Of a stretch of DNA of 64,000 nt, positions 26,301 through 36,351 are shown piece by piece. Position 1 is the first letter of the stretch, and each line of letters starts with the position of its first letter. A program made the position numbers and the translations under genes. A model generated the notes under the pieces. It was not told the origin of the DNA, did not search any database, and saw nothing but the letters and a program-made list of their open reading frames with translations. Source of the DNA: Camelus dromedarius (taxonomy: Eukaryota); the NCBI RefSeq assembly GCF_036321535.1, contig NC_087437.1, positions 18,230,001 through 18,294,000 of the forward strand, read 5' to 3'.

Positions 26301-29300
26301 AATGTGTTCTGAAAAAGATCCCAGGCAAATTGATACTGCACATGGGTACACCACCAGCCTCACCTGGGAACCCTAAGAACCTATTCTATGCTTTCATGAA
26401 TTGGCAGAAGGTCTGAAAATATAGAACTTTGATATCTTTCAACTTCCCCAAAACCATAGAGCCAAAATAGAAACTGTTGGAAGACAACATAGTTCTTGGT
26501 GGGATCTGGGAAGAAAGACCTGGGGCAGCAGCTCACCTGAATTTCCATCCTCTCCTTCAGGGCCTGGAGCTCCTGAGCCTGCCCCAGTCGCTGCTCAGAC
26601 TCATCACTCTGCAGGGACCCAAGGTTGGACTTCCCCACGTTGTGGGACTGAAGCGCCTGCAGTTTCTGAAAAGGCCAGTGTACAGTTTCATTTAGAGGAA
26701 AATCTAATCATGATACTCAGAATTTTTTGATAACATGAATGACATCGCCATATGCACAGTGGCCAAGAGAACATCTGCAGAAAAGTACATAAATGGAAAA
26801 AGAAAAACCTACATTTTAACTACCTTCAGCATTTAATATGGAGATCTGAGGTCTAGATCTATCTAAAGTGTCTAGGCAGCTAGGACCATGTCAGGGGAAG
26901 TGTGGGAGACAGAGAGGGTCAGATGAACTCAGGGATGATGGGTGTGGAGCTGGGGATTGGGAGCATGATGTCCATATGGTGGAGAAGCATCCGGTCTTCC
27001 ACAAATCATCCCTGACCACCCTGGGGGAACATTTCGGATGAGAGGGCTCAGGTTACTATAGACACAGACACAGACACACACTCACACACACAAACACACA
27101 CACACCTCCCATTGCAACCCCACCACCTTTCATCCTTGGCGTTGCATCTCAGATAGAGATAATGGATCACTCAAGGCTCCAAGCACATCCTATAAAAATC
27201 CCCTCCTGAAAAAGTCATCTAGGTGTTTCTTTAGGCAAACAAAACATGGCATGATCATGAGAAACACCCTTAGACAGTTCATTTTCAATACCACACAAGA
27301 TTCTCTTTGATGTTTGGGGGACCAATAAGAGCAAAATATATTGTGAAAGTATTTCTCCTCAAGCATTTCCCTGATATGGTTTTAGTTATACAGGTCTATA
27401 TGGGAAGATACAGTCCAGGGATAACTTTAATAAGGTTTTTTTTGGATAAACTTTGATAATATATCAAAGCAGGGGCTTTGAAGTTTAAAGAGCTGGGTTT
27501 AAATCCCAGCTCTACCTGTGTGACCTGAGGCAAGTTATGTGGCCTCAATGTCTTCGCTGGTAAAGAAGGAATGATAATAGCTATTTAAAAAAAAAAAAAA
27601 GAACTTTAACAAAAAAATTAATAAATTAATGATGTGCCTTCTTTGAGGATGTTATTAGAGTTGTTTGGTTGTTATGAGCATTAAAAGTTAGTGTATATAG
27701 AGTGCTGTGCACAGGGCCCGAAAAAGTTTCAGTAAATTTTAGCTATCACACATGACCTCCACTGACCCCAAAAGAGGGCCTGGCCTGGAGCCAGTGTTCA
27801 GCAGGTACTTGTTAGAAGAAATAAGCATTCATTTAAAGTTTGCGTCACTTCTTATCTGGTGATGAAAGCTCCTTGAAAAAATAAGGACAATAACAGACAA
27901 ACAACAGGACCCTACTGTATTATACAGGGAAGTATATTCAATATCCTGTAATAAACCATAATGGGAAAGAATATTAAAAAGAAAAAGAATATATATATAC
28001 ACAAACTGAATCACTTTGCTGTACACCAGAAACTAACACAACACTGTAAATCAACTAAACTTCAATTTAGAAAAATAAGGATAATATCTAGGAAGTCCTT
28101 ACTATATACTAGATCATGTTAAGTGCTGTCTATGTACTAATTTAACCCTTTCAGAAACCTACCTTACAGAAAAGAAACCGAGGCACAGAAAAGTTAAGTA
28201 ACTCATCTAAGATCACACAGCCAGTAGGTGCTAGAGCCAGGATTCAATCCCAGGCACTGGCCTCTGGTATCTGGCCTCACAGTGTATCAACCCCCAATGG
28301 CAGATGACATAGAACTAGTACAAATAAATGAATTTTGAGAACAAATAAGGAGATTTTTAGCTAAAGACATTTGAGAAGCCCTTTCGTTTGGCTACCTCTT
28401 CTAGCGTAGAGCTCTGGTCAGCAACATTTTTTAATTTATCCCAAAAAAACTTTTTGAGCTCGTCTATTTCACCATATAGCTTGGCCTGCTCTTTTTCTTT
28501 CCATTTATCCAACTGTTTCTCCCTCTGATGAGTCATCTCTGCTTCCTACAAAGAAAAGCAAGAACAAGAGAATCATCCATTGCACATTACAACAAATATT
28601 TACTGAGAAACAGCTCGGGCGACTTGTCCCTGCAAGTCACTGTGGAGACCCAAAGAACATTCATCCCCCAGTCCCCGCTGTTTGGACTGGGAGTGGGGAA
28701 GCTTTATCTGACCTGTAAAGGCCCTCAGGGGTGGGGATCCCATCTTTTCTCTCTTTATATTCCTCAGAATGCCTGGCATCGTTGGTGCTTAATAAATGCT
28801 TGCTGAGGGAAGGAGTGATGAATGAATAAATGATGGACTGAGTGAGCAAGTTTATCTATTTTCATTCTACAAATATTTACTGAGAACCTCCTCTGGGCTG
28901 GATTCTGGAGTTTATCCAGTCTTTGTCCTTCAAAAGGTAACTAACAGTACATTGGAAGAAGTTAAAATTCAGGTTCAAATGCTAAATAATGCAGGAAACT
29001 GCAACTCTCTGCTCTGCTTTTGGCCATACAGGTCTGTCAACGGAATCAAATCTTCCTTTGCAGACTACCTCAAATCATTTGGCACATCCAGGAAGATGCC
29101 ATCCTTGTTCTGACCCCTGGCTCTGGGAGACAGCCGGAATTTTGGCCCTGTGGGGTGCACGGACTTCGTGGGTCTCCCGGCTGGTCCAGGACCCAGTCCC
29201 CCGCCACTCCCTCTCCACACCTACCTGGAACTGCTGCTGCCTCTTAGCCTCCCTCTGCGCTTCCAGCTTCCCTTCGGTCCACTTTAGCTTGGCCTGCAGC

Positions 29301-32229
29301 TCTTCTAACACCTCCTCCACTGGTTGCTCCTGCTTCTTCTGTTTTTCTGTGGGGACTGTGCAAAGAGTGGTTGGCCAGCCTAAAAGTCAGAAAGTCAGTG
29401 GAGTGCAGAGTTCCTTGCTTACAATCAGTCACACCTCAGTCTGAGACCAGCTCTGCCACTTTCGCTAACCATCGATCTGGGGCAAACGACATAACCTCCC
29501 TGACCCTGTTTCTCCAAACTGGAAAATGGAGATAATAACAGCACATAACTCAGACAGAGGGTCATTGTGAGGACAGCTCAGTCAATGAGAACTATTATTG
29601 TCATTTAAAAATAACTATTTGACAGTACTAACACATGGAAATGTGAATGCAAACCAGTGGAGTAACACAAGCAGAATGCCAAATAGTGTGTACACACAGA
29701 TTATTAATACAAAGAACATATGATGCATCCTGACAGCAGTCAGAAGGGAATTTAAAGCCATAAAATTAATTATAGTTTTAAGTTCAACGAAATAAACTTA
29801 CATGAAAAAATGAAGAAAAAGGCAGCATGCATTCTGAAGAAACCCTGAATTATAGAAGAATATTCTCACTAAACCACATACTGGTAAACTAAGAGTTACG
29901 GGCTGATAAAAAAGACGCCAATTGTACGTGAACATTTGCTACTTTAAAGTACATTTAGCAATTATTAGATAGATGGTACTGTTATTAAAACTTTAACCTA
30001 TTCTTTGAAAAGAGATATATGGCTTTTCTCAGATGGGACTTTTTAGAAACGAGCAAATTTTTTGTTTGTTTGTTTGTTTGTTTTAGAAATGAGCAAATTT
30101 TAGATGCAGTAAAATTAAGTTGGGTTCAGAAAGTGATTTAAGGTGAGCATAGAGTAGGTGAGCTGGGGCACCTTGGAAGCCAGCTGCCCAGCAATAAATT
30201 AATGAAAATCAATGCAGCCAAAGTTGCCTTAAGAACATATTTTCCCTCTCCTTACAGCACTTTACATTAAGGAAATAATAAGGAAGATGCACAAAGATTT
30301 ATGTATAAGAATGTTATCAACATGTGATTTATAATAGGGAAATTTTTTAGTAACCCATTTAAGTGAAGAAATAATTCAGTTGTGAAATGAATTATGATTG
30401 CCACGTAAAATACTATTCAGCCACTAAAAATCATATTTTCAAATGTGACTTAATGACACTGGAAAATATGATACATTCTTAGTTGAAAATAAGCAGTAGT
30501 CAAAACTGCATCCTATATGATTATAAAACAATGACAGAGAACACACACAATATTAACTACAGTGATATGTCCATGGTTTTTATTTTCTCTTTTCTACCTT
30601 TCTACATTTTAATTTTCAATACCAAAGGCATATTTTTTCCAATTTTTTTATTGTGATAAAATACACATAAAGTTTACCATCTTAGCCATTTTTAAATGTA
30701 TGGTTCAGTGGTATTAAATACACTCATAATGGGGCACAACATCACCACCACCACACATCTTCAGAACTCTTTTCACCTTGTCAAACAGAAACTTTACACT
30801 CACTAAACAATCACTCCCCGTTCCCCCTTCCCCCAGCCCCTGGTGACCACCATTCTACTTTCTCTCCCTATGAATCTGACTATTCTAGGTGCCTGTATCA
30901 GTGAAATCATACAGTATATGTCCTTTTCTGACTGACTTAGTTCATTTAACATAACATCACCTTTAGCATATTGCAGAACTACTTTTCTTTTTAAGGCTGA
31001 ATAGTATTTCTATTTATGTATATATCACACTTTGTTAGTCCATTCATCTATCAATGGACATCTGGGTTGCTTCCACATCTTAGCTACTGTGAATGCTGCT
31101 ATCAACATGAGTGTACAAATTCTCTTCAAAGACATGTATCTTTATCAGAAAAAAATTTTTAATAAGTAGAAAATCTGTTTTTCTTTAGCAGCCTCCAATG
31201 CAGAACCAAGAAGAATTAGATACACAATAAATGCATAGTAATCAGGTAAATGGTGCTGTTTTAAAACTCTTGTCTGTTCTTCAAAAAGGAAATTAAAATT
31301 AAGGAAAACAAGAAAAAAGTTTTATTTCATGGGATTTTTATATTTAATGTATATACATTTTATTATATTAGATTTTCATATCTATACTTAATGTTTTAAC
31401 AATTTTTTTATCAAACCTCAAAAAATAGATATAAAGTAAGCAAATATCTTAATGGGGAAAACATACAGCATTGCTACTCGTTTTAGAATTTGAAACAGTA
31501 AAATTACAGTGATTAAGTCATGATACTTCATGTACACAAAAAAGCCAAAGAACCTGTCCGACTGCTCCTTAATCCCATTTAAGCTTATTCATGATGGGCA
31601 TTAGAGAACAGCAGATTTGCAGAAGGCTGGGAGGTAAGGGCCCTTCAAAGTCCCTCCATCTGACTGCCCCATTCCCAGTGAAGGACCCTGGACTCAGAGG
31701 GGAAGCACTGACCACAGTCACATAACAGAAAGAGACAAAGCCAAGACCAGAACCTACCTGTCTGACTCCCAGCCCTTTTTCTCTAAACACACGGTCGGAA
31801 ACCCTCCCACCCCATGTGGAATACCCCCATGGCGGATGCTGGGATCACCCTATCCTCAATCAGATGATGAAGTTCTGAGGGCAGCTGTGGTGGCGTACGT
31901 GGCCTCCCACCCACTGAACACCAGCCCGGGCCCTTCCACGGTCCCGCCCCAGGAGCACCACCTGGACTCACCGCCTTCCACCATGCCTGAGTGCCTGCGC
32001 TGGATGTGGCTCTGGAGATAGGTGGCGTTCATGAACATCTTGTGACACAAGTGGCACTACACAGAGGGAGGGAGTGGAGAGTGCAGAATTAGCTCACCTG
32101 AGTCAGCCTGGGACTCCCAATATCAAAACTCCCTTTCCTTGGGACCCCTGGGCTGCTTTAGAAATGAAGAATTTGATTTACTGAGTAAGCAGTGACGTGA
32201 ACCCAAAATATGTATTCTTTATACCTATA

Positions 32230-32279
<50 letters not shown>

Positions 32280-35200
32280 AAGCTTTAAAACACTCCCCAG
32301 TGCCATGGGAGCTATGAACAATGACTAGGTATTTGATGATGCTAAGGAGTTTTTGTTGTTTTCTCAGGGCATGATGATGGTATTATGTTTATGTTTAAAA
32401 GTGGGAGTCCTTACCTTTTAGAGGCACATAATGAAATATTTACAGATAAAATCATATGACTAATACACTTCAGAATAACCCAGGATAGGGGGAAGTGGGT
32501 AGAGGAACAAATCCGATACCTTTGGTCATGGGTTGATCACTACTGGGCTGGGCAGTGTGCAGAGGAAGGTTCATTACGTTATTCTCTCTACTTTTGTGTA
32601 TGTTTGAAATTTTCCACAATACAAAGTTTTTTCTCAAAAACACCAATGTCCAAGTCCCACCCAGAGCTGAGAACCACCAGAGCAAAGAAAAGTAAACAGA
32701 GCATTTGAAACTCCACTTTGCTCTCCTCAAGCATTTCAGACACTAACAATCTATCCTTATCATCTTTTTGTTGTAAAACGTCAAAATTGTTCCACCATAG
32801 CTTTGCAGGCTGCCATTACTAGTCAATCAGAGTTAAGAGCGCGGAGTATTTGCTATCTTTACACAAGAGCAAATGTGACAGAAATTGCTAGTCGTCCCCC
32901 AATGCCCATTTTCCCTTTTACCTTAGCAAGAGATATCTTGATTTGTAGCTGGTCTTGAGGCTAGTGAGAATAAATACTGTATGTCCTAGCCTCCCGTACA
33001 ACCAGGCGTGGTCACGTGACTAGATTCTGGCCAATGACATGTAAACAGAAGTGGTACCTGCAGCCACTTCTGGAAGGTGTCATTAAAGAAAGCACCATGT
33101 GCCCTAAAAAATAAAGCCTATTAATGGAAAAAGGAAAGCAAATTGAATCCAAATAAAGTAGAAGAAAGGGAAAAAAAAAAGTGCCATGACATGCCTCATC
33201 CTCTCTCCTCCTGCTGAACAGAATGGGGACCTGAGAGGTGGAACTCAAGCAGCCCTCCTGGACCGGGAGGCAGAAGTCTTACGACAGGGTTGGTGAGAAA
33301 CACATCCAGAACTGAGTCCGCGATGGTTGTGGCATTATATAGCAACCCCAGACAGTCTACCTCAACTTTGTTCATGAGAGAGAGAAAAAAACTTCTATCT
33401 GGTTCAAACAGTTATGATTTGAGGTTTCCTATCACCCACAGCAAACCTAATCCAAATGGACACAGCTTGGGTTGACAGACTTTGCCCCCTCCAGAGTTCT
33501 AAAATGACACATGAATTTCTAGTCGCCCGAAGGAATATTGGTTGGCTGAGGGGAAGGAGATATTTTATAAGGCATCTTATTTCAAATTATAAGCTCTTCC
33601 CCTCATCCCACCCCAAGCAGCACACTCACCAACCAGGCACCTGAAGCTGGACTACTGGACAGCCACCACCGCCTTCAGACTAAAGTCCACTCTTTACCAG
33701 GGCCTTCAAGGCTCCACTACCCTCTCCTCCACGTCTCTTACCACAGACCCCCGAGCCCCACCGTGGGTCATTCCAAAGCCATCACACCGGCCACCCGTCT
33801 CACGATGGCACCTTGGCTGCCTCTGCCCACAGCACTTCTTTACAAAACTGCACTCAACGTGAAGACTCAGGGGTTTTTTTCTAATTTTATGGTGAAATTT
33901 TATTTTTATTAATCTTTTTTTTCTATTGAAGTATAGTTGGTTTACAATGCCGTGTCAATTTTTGGTGTACAGCATAATGTTTCAGTCATAAATATATATA
34001 CATATATTCCTTTTCATATTCTTTTTCATTAAATTAAAGGTTACTACAGGATATTGAATATAGTTCCCTGTGCTGTACAGTAGAAACTTGTTTACCGATT
34101 TTAATTCAAGACTCAGGTTTTTTGTGGGGGGCGGGAGTTGATTTGTTGTTTTTTTAATGGAGATGCTGGGGATTGAACCCAGGACCCAGTGCATGCTAAG
34201 CATGCGCTCTGCCACTTGAGATATACCCTCCCCCTATTCAAGACTCAGTTTAAACACTGTCTCAGGAAGACTCTCTCTTCAACCCCACCTCCGTGCTCCT
34301 CAGCTCCTCAGCTGTATCTTTATCTTACTTAACGCTTTCTCCACCTGTGACAGACACGTGGAGAAAGCGTTCATTTTTGGCAGGACAGTAGCCACTCCCT
34401 CATCCTCTGATAACAGAACCCCAGCTTTCTTCTGGGAAATTACCCTCTCCTTCCTCATCCTCAATCCATGAGCTTCAGTCTACCCCCCCCCCCCGCTCCG
34501 TGGCAAAACATGTGACCCAGACCAAAGCCAATCATAGCCCTGCAGTCCCGGGACCTGCAGGTGGTTCAGAGCTAGAGAGGGCACCTGATCTCAGCCAAGC
34601 CAAGGAACAAAGTGAATTCCTGCGTGGGCTGCTGGGACCCTCCAGCCTTGAGTCTGGGAAAATGAGGTGCTGGCGATGCCGTGACCCAACTTGCTACCAC
34701 AGGGACAGAATCTTTCTGAGAATGAAATCCACACTGACAAAGAATTGCCAAGAGCTGCAGAGAGAGAAAACAGATTCTGGCGCCACCATCTGAGTCCCAC
34801 CATAACCTCGGATTTTTCAGTTAAATTGACTAATAAATTCCTTTTTGGCCTAAACCAGGTTAGATTGCTGTTGTGTCATTTACTACTGAAAAGGTTTGAT
34901 CTTTTTATCATAATTAACATTATATTAATTATATCAATTACCACTCAATCCATCAACATTATATCATAATGATTCCTTTTGTCCCACCCACCCCCAAACT
35001 ATGAATTTCTGAAAAACCTGAACTAGCATGATTTTCGCCTTCATCCTCAGAGCCTGGCAAAGGGCCTGGCCACCAGACAATTTATTAAAGGGTTACTGTC
35101 CCTCATCCACATTTCCCACAGAAAGAGATGCAGATGCTCAAATGTCACTCTGGGTAATGAACTTGTCACTGGTTAACTAATGGAGTCACTTTTCCAGAAT

Positions 35201-36351
35201 GGGCCTGACTCTGCCAGTCCCTTGTCACACACTGATTTCACACATATGCTCACAAACCTCTCACACACACCTTTACACATCACACTCTCTACCTATGCAC
35301 ACATAAAGCCTCCATACACACACACGCCCTCCATAAATATAAACACTCTTATACACATACACACCCTTCATTCATTCACATACACACATCATCAATATAT
35401 CTTTACGTGCACATTTCACACACAAGCACATTATACACCACACACTCTATGTACATACATGCACATACCATTCACAGATGTACCCTCCAGACAATCACAT
35501 ACGCACAGTACACACATATACACACCATCCAGAAACACACACATCCCCTCTATACATTCACACATGCACACATGAGACATGCACCCATGAGACATGCACC
35601 CTCTCCTTAAACACATTCACTCTCTAGGCACTCATACACACACTTGCTGCACATCTACAATCTAAACACACTGTAGACCCAATGAGACATCCTCGGGCTC
35701 TCTGGCCTCAAGCAGCATCTCTAAAACTTGCTCCCAACCCCAGTGAGAATGGCCACAGCGGCCTCGGAGCCCAGGCAGTGGTGCTCCCCAGGTGGCCAGT
35801 GGTGGGGTGCACAGCCCTCCCTGTGTCCCTGCCCCACAGCATCCCCTCACCATGTGGCAGCTGTAGGCGTCCATCTGCAGGAGCAGCTGCTGCAGGGTGA
35901 TGATCATCTTGCGACGCCGGTGGCTCTCCTGTCGCACACCCTTGAGCTCATCAGCCTGGCGGGCCAGCTCCTGCTGGCTCCGCTCCTGCTGGCCCAGGCT
36001 GGCCAGCAGCTGCGCCTCCAGCTCAGCCACGCTGGCGCTCAGGGAGTCCTGGCAGTGCAGCAGGTACTCGATGCTGAGCTGCGCCAGCCGCAGCACCTTG
36101 AGCAGCGCAGGGTCCACAGGCTGCCTGCAGCGGTGGCACACCTCCTTGTCCAGGTTGCAGAAGGTGATGCTTGTGATGTTCTCCTGCAGGGCGGCCACAT
36201 CCATCTCCCGCGCCACGCGGTCCACGTCTAGGGCACTGATGCGCATCCAGTCCATGCTCTGACAGCGAGGCTGGAACTTAAAGGCTGGGAGAGGGTGGGC
36301 CCCTAAGAGGGGGCCACTGAGGACCGCAGCAGTGGTGGCAGGGGACTGCAT
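4884..36351 (-). CDS. DZIP1L: DZIP1L (DAZ-interacting zinc finger protein 1-like), spliced CDS span; 15 coding exons, 2232 nt, 743 aa
   Basis: Exon lengths 501,85,122,150,129,63,135,31,54,134,193,169,170,140,156 sum to 2232, with compatible phases and GT-AG ends. Translation runs [15 protein letters not shown]...[22 protein letters not shown]...GQPRVPGW* and matches my recollection of mammalian DZIP1L. Confidence 0.96.
6565..6704 (-). CDS. DZIP1L: DZIP1L exon 15
   Basis: ctcgccttccag|GAACACTG...CCTCAG|gtagga; [47 protein letters not shown]; 140 nt. Confidence 0.96.
7225..7745 (+). mobile_element. L1 3' end fragments (ORF2 C-terminus and 3'UTR)
   Basis: [46 protein letters not shown] is the L1 ORF2 C-terminus. 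Confidence 0.9.
8335..8504 (-). CDS. DZIP1L: DZIP1L exon 14
   Basis: ttctcctccccagcag|CACGCCCCCT...GGCTCAG|gtgggc; [14 protein letters not shown]...[11 protein letters not shown]...; 170 nt (alternative boundaries in findings). Confidence 0.92.
8913..9081 (-). CDS. DZIP1L: DZIP1L exon 13 (Pro/Ser-rich)
   Basis: tctgtgtttctag|TCAAAAGCC...CTGAG|gtgagt; [30 protein letters not shown]...; 169 nt. Confidence 0.92.
11757..11949 (-). CDS. DZIP1L: DZIP1L exon 12
   Basis: ctctctgtcttccag|GATGCAAAG...CCAG|gtgagc; [38 protein letters not shown]...; 193 nt. Confidence 0.95.
13446..13579 (-). CDS. DZIP1L: DZIP1L exon 11
   Basis: cttgtgctgcag|AGCTGAGG...AAGAGA|gtgagt; [45 protein letters not shown]; 134 nt. 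Confidence 0.94.
14070..14250. mobile_element. MER5-like hAT-Charlie MITE
   Basis: attccctggccccaccctccagagactctgattc...gggccctggaatctgcatt. Confidence 0.6.
14840..14967 (+). mobile_element. tRNA-Ala-derived SINE (Vic-1-like, camelid)
   Basis: ggggagggtatagctcagtggtagagc...gtcctgggttc...cctcca plus A-rich tail; TSD aaaatagccac at 14826 and 14968. Confidence 0.88.
15171..15220. repeat. Poly-T tract
   Basis: Directly visible. Confidence 0.95.
15989..16042 (-). CDS. DZIP1L: DZIP1L exon 10
   Basis: ctgctctcctcag|GAATCCAC...AAGGAAG|gtgggg; (R)[17 protein letters not shown]; 54 nt. Confidence 0.92.
17150..17180 (-). CDS. DZIP1L: DZIP1L exon 9 (31-nt small exon)
   Basis: tttcccatctttgcag|ATCCAGACCATGTCCCTCAGGAAGGCGAAGC|gtaagt; [10 protein letters not shown]; needed to keep phase between exons 8 and 10. 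Confidence 0.9.
19451..19585 (-). CDS. DZIP1L: DZIP1L exon 8
   Basis: cttcctgtgccaccag|CTGAAGGAG...AAGATG|gtaggt; [45 protein letters not shown]; 135 nt. Confidence 0.93.
19763..20075 (-). mobile_element. L1 3'UTR fragment
   Basis: Poly-T then attgaagta...gttacaatgtgtcaatttctggtgtacagca; approximate TSD ccatttga. Confidence 0.85.
20218..20320 (+). mobile_element. tRNA-Ala-derived SINE
   Basis: A box/B box, cttagcat anticodon loop, poly-A tail. Confidence 0.85.
21080..22025 (+). mobile_element. 5'-truncated L1 with two 3'UTR tails
   Basis: ORF2 C-terminal peptide [20 protein letters not shown]...; 19-bp TSD aaaatatctgccaa(t/c)cagt at 21061 and 22026. Confidence 0.9.
22133..22195 (-). CDS. 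DZIP1L: DZIP1L exon 7
   Basis: tttttag|GAAACAGAATGG...AGAGAG|gtaggt; [21 protein letters not shown]; 63 nt. Confidence 0.93.
23308..23364. repeat. (AAAT)n microsatellite
   Basis: About 14 perfect units in the tail of a very short L1 insertion (TSD caagatcca). Confidence 0.95.
23640..23979. mobile_element. Tigger-family (MER2/Tigger3-like) MITE nested in the L1
   Basis: Terminal inverted repeats cagtcagccctccatatcc...ggatactgaggaacgact; about 340 bp; TA-rich flanks. Confidence 0.75.
25985..26188 (-). mobile_element. MER63-like hAT MITE
   Basis: gaaatcagccatggtgggaatatttacacca...gttgttaaatatttaccatcacaccact. Confidence 0.7.
26537..26665 (-). CDS. DZIP1L: DZIP1L exon 6
   Basis: ccttttcag|AAACTGCAG...ATTCAG|gtgagc; [43 protein letters not shown]; 129 nt. 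Confidence 0.95.
27893..28070 (+). mobile_element. Short L1 3'UTR insertion
   Basis: TSD aaaaataagga(c/t)aata. Confidence 0.8.
28075..28280 (-). mobile_element. MIR SINE
   Basis: gaaaccgaggcacagaaaagttaagtaact...gatcacacagc...gagccaggattcaatcccagg. Confidence 0.75.
28396..28545 (-). CDS. DZIP1L: DZIP1L exon 5
   Basis: ttttctttgtag|GAAGCAGAG...GAAGAG|gtagcc; [50 protein letters not shown]; 150 nt; absent from the ORF track. Confidence 0.93.
29225..29346 (-). CDS. DZIP1L: DZIP1L exon 4 (coiled coil)
   Basis: ccccacag|AAAAACAG...TTCCAG|gtaggt; [40 protein letters not shown]; 122 nt. Confidence 0.95.
30642..31130 (-). mobile_element. L1MA/MB-like 3' end
   Basis: ttattgtgataaaatacacataaagtttaccatcttagccatttt...tagctactgtgaatgctgct. 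Confidence 0.85.
31972..32056 (-). CDS. DZIP1L: DZIP1L exon 3 (C2H2 zinc finger)
   Basis: ctctgtgtag|TGCCACTTG...GGCG|gtgagt; encodes [28 protein letters not shown]; 85 nt. Confidence 0.96.
32226..32276. repeat. (TA)n followed by poly-T
   Basis: Directly visible. Confidence 0.95.
32875..33460 (+). mobile_element. MLT1-like MaLR LTR
   Basis: ggtcacgtgactagattctggccaatga...gagagagaaaaaaacttctatct...cagcaaacctaatcc. Confidence 0.6.
33875..34103 (-). mobile_element. L1 3'UTR fragment
   Basis: attgaagtatagttggtttacaatg...ttggtgtacagcataatg; flanked by aagactcag. Confidence 0.8.
34117..34235 (-). mobile_element. tRNA-Ala-derived SINE
   Basis: Reverse-complement copy flanked by TSD attcaagactcag (34104, 34236). 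Confidence 0.88.
35225..35670. repeat. Degenerate (CA)n-rich low-complexity tract
   Basis: About 450 bp of cacac/catac variants just downstream of the exon 2 donor. Confidence 0.85.
35851..36351 (-). CDS. DZIP1L: DZIP1L exon 2, coding part (Dzip-like N-terminal domain, aa 1-167)
   Basis: ATG at 36351; [48 protein letters not shown] motif; donor ATG|GTGAGG. Acceptor ttctccttttccag puts the exon start at 36432 (81-nt UTR). Confidence 0.97.

Noticed and set aside
35180..35575. His/Thr-rich 131-aa ORF
   Set aside because: Translation of the CA-rich low-complexity tract.
4884..36351. DZIP1L pseudogenisation
   Set aside because: All indels are multiples of three, no premature stop, canonical splice sites, zinc-finger ligands intact.
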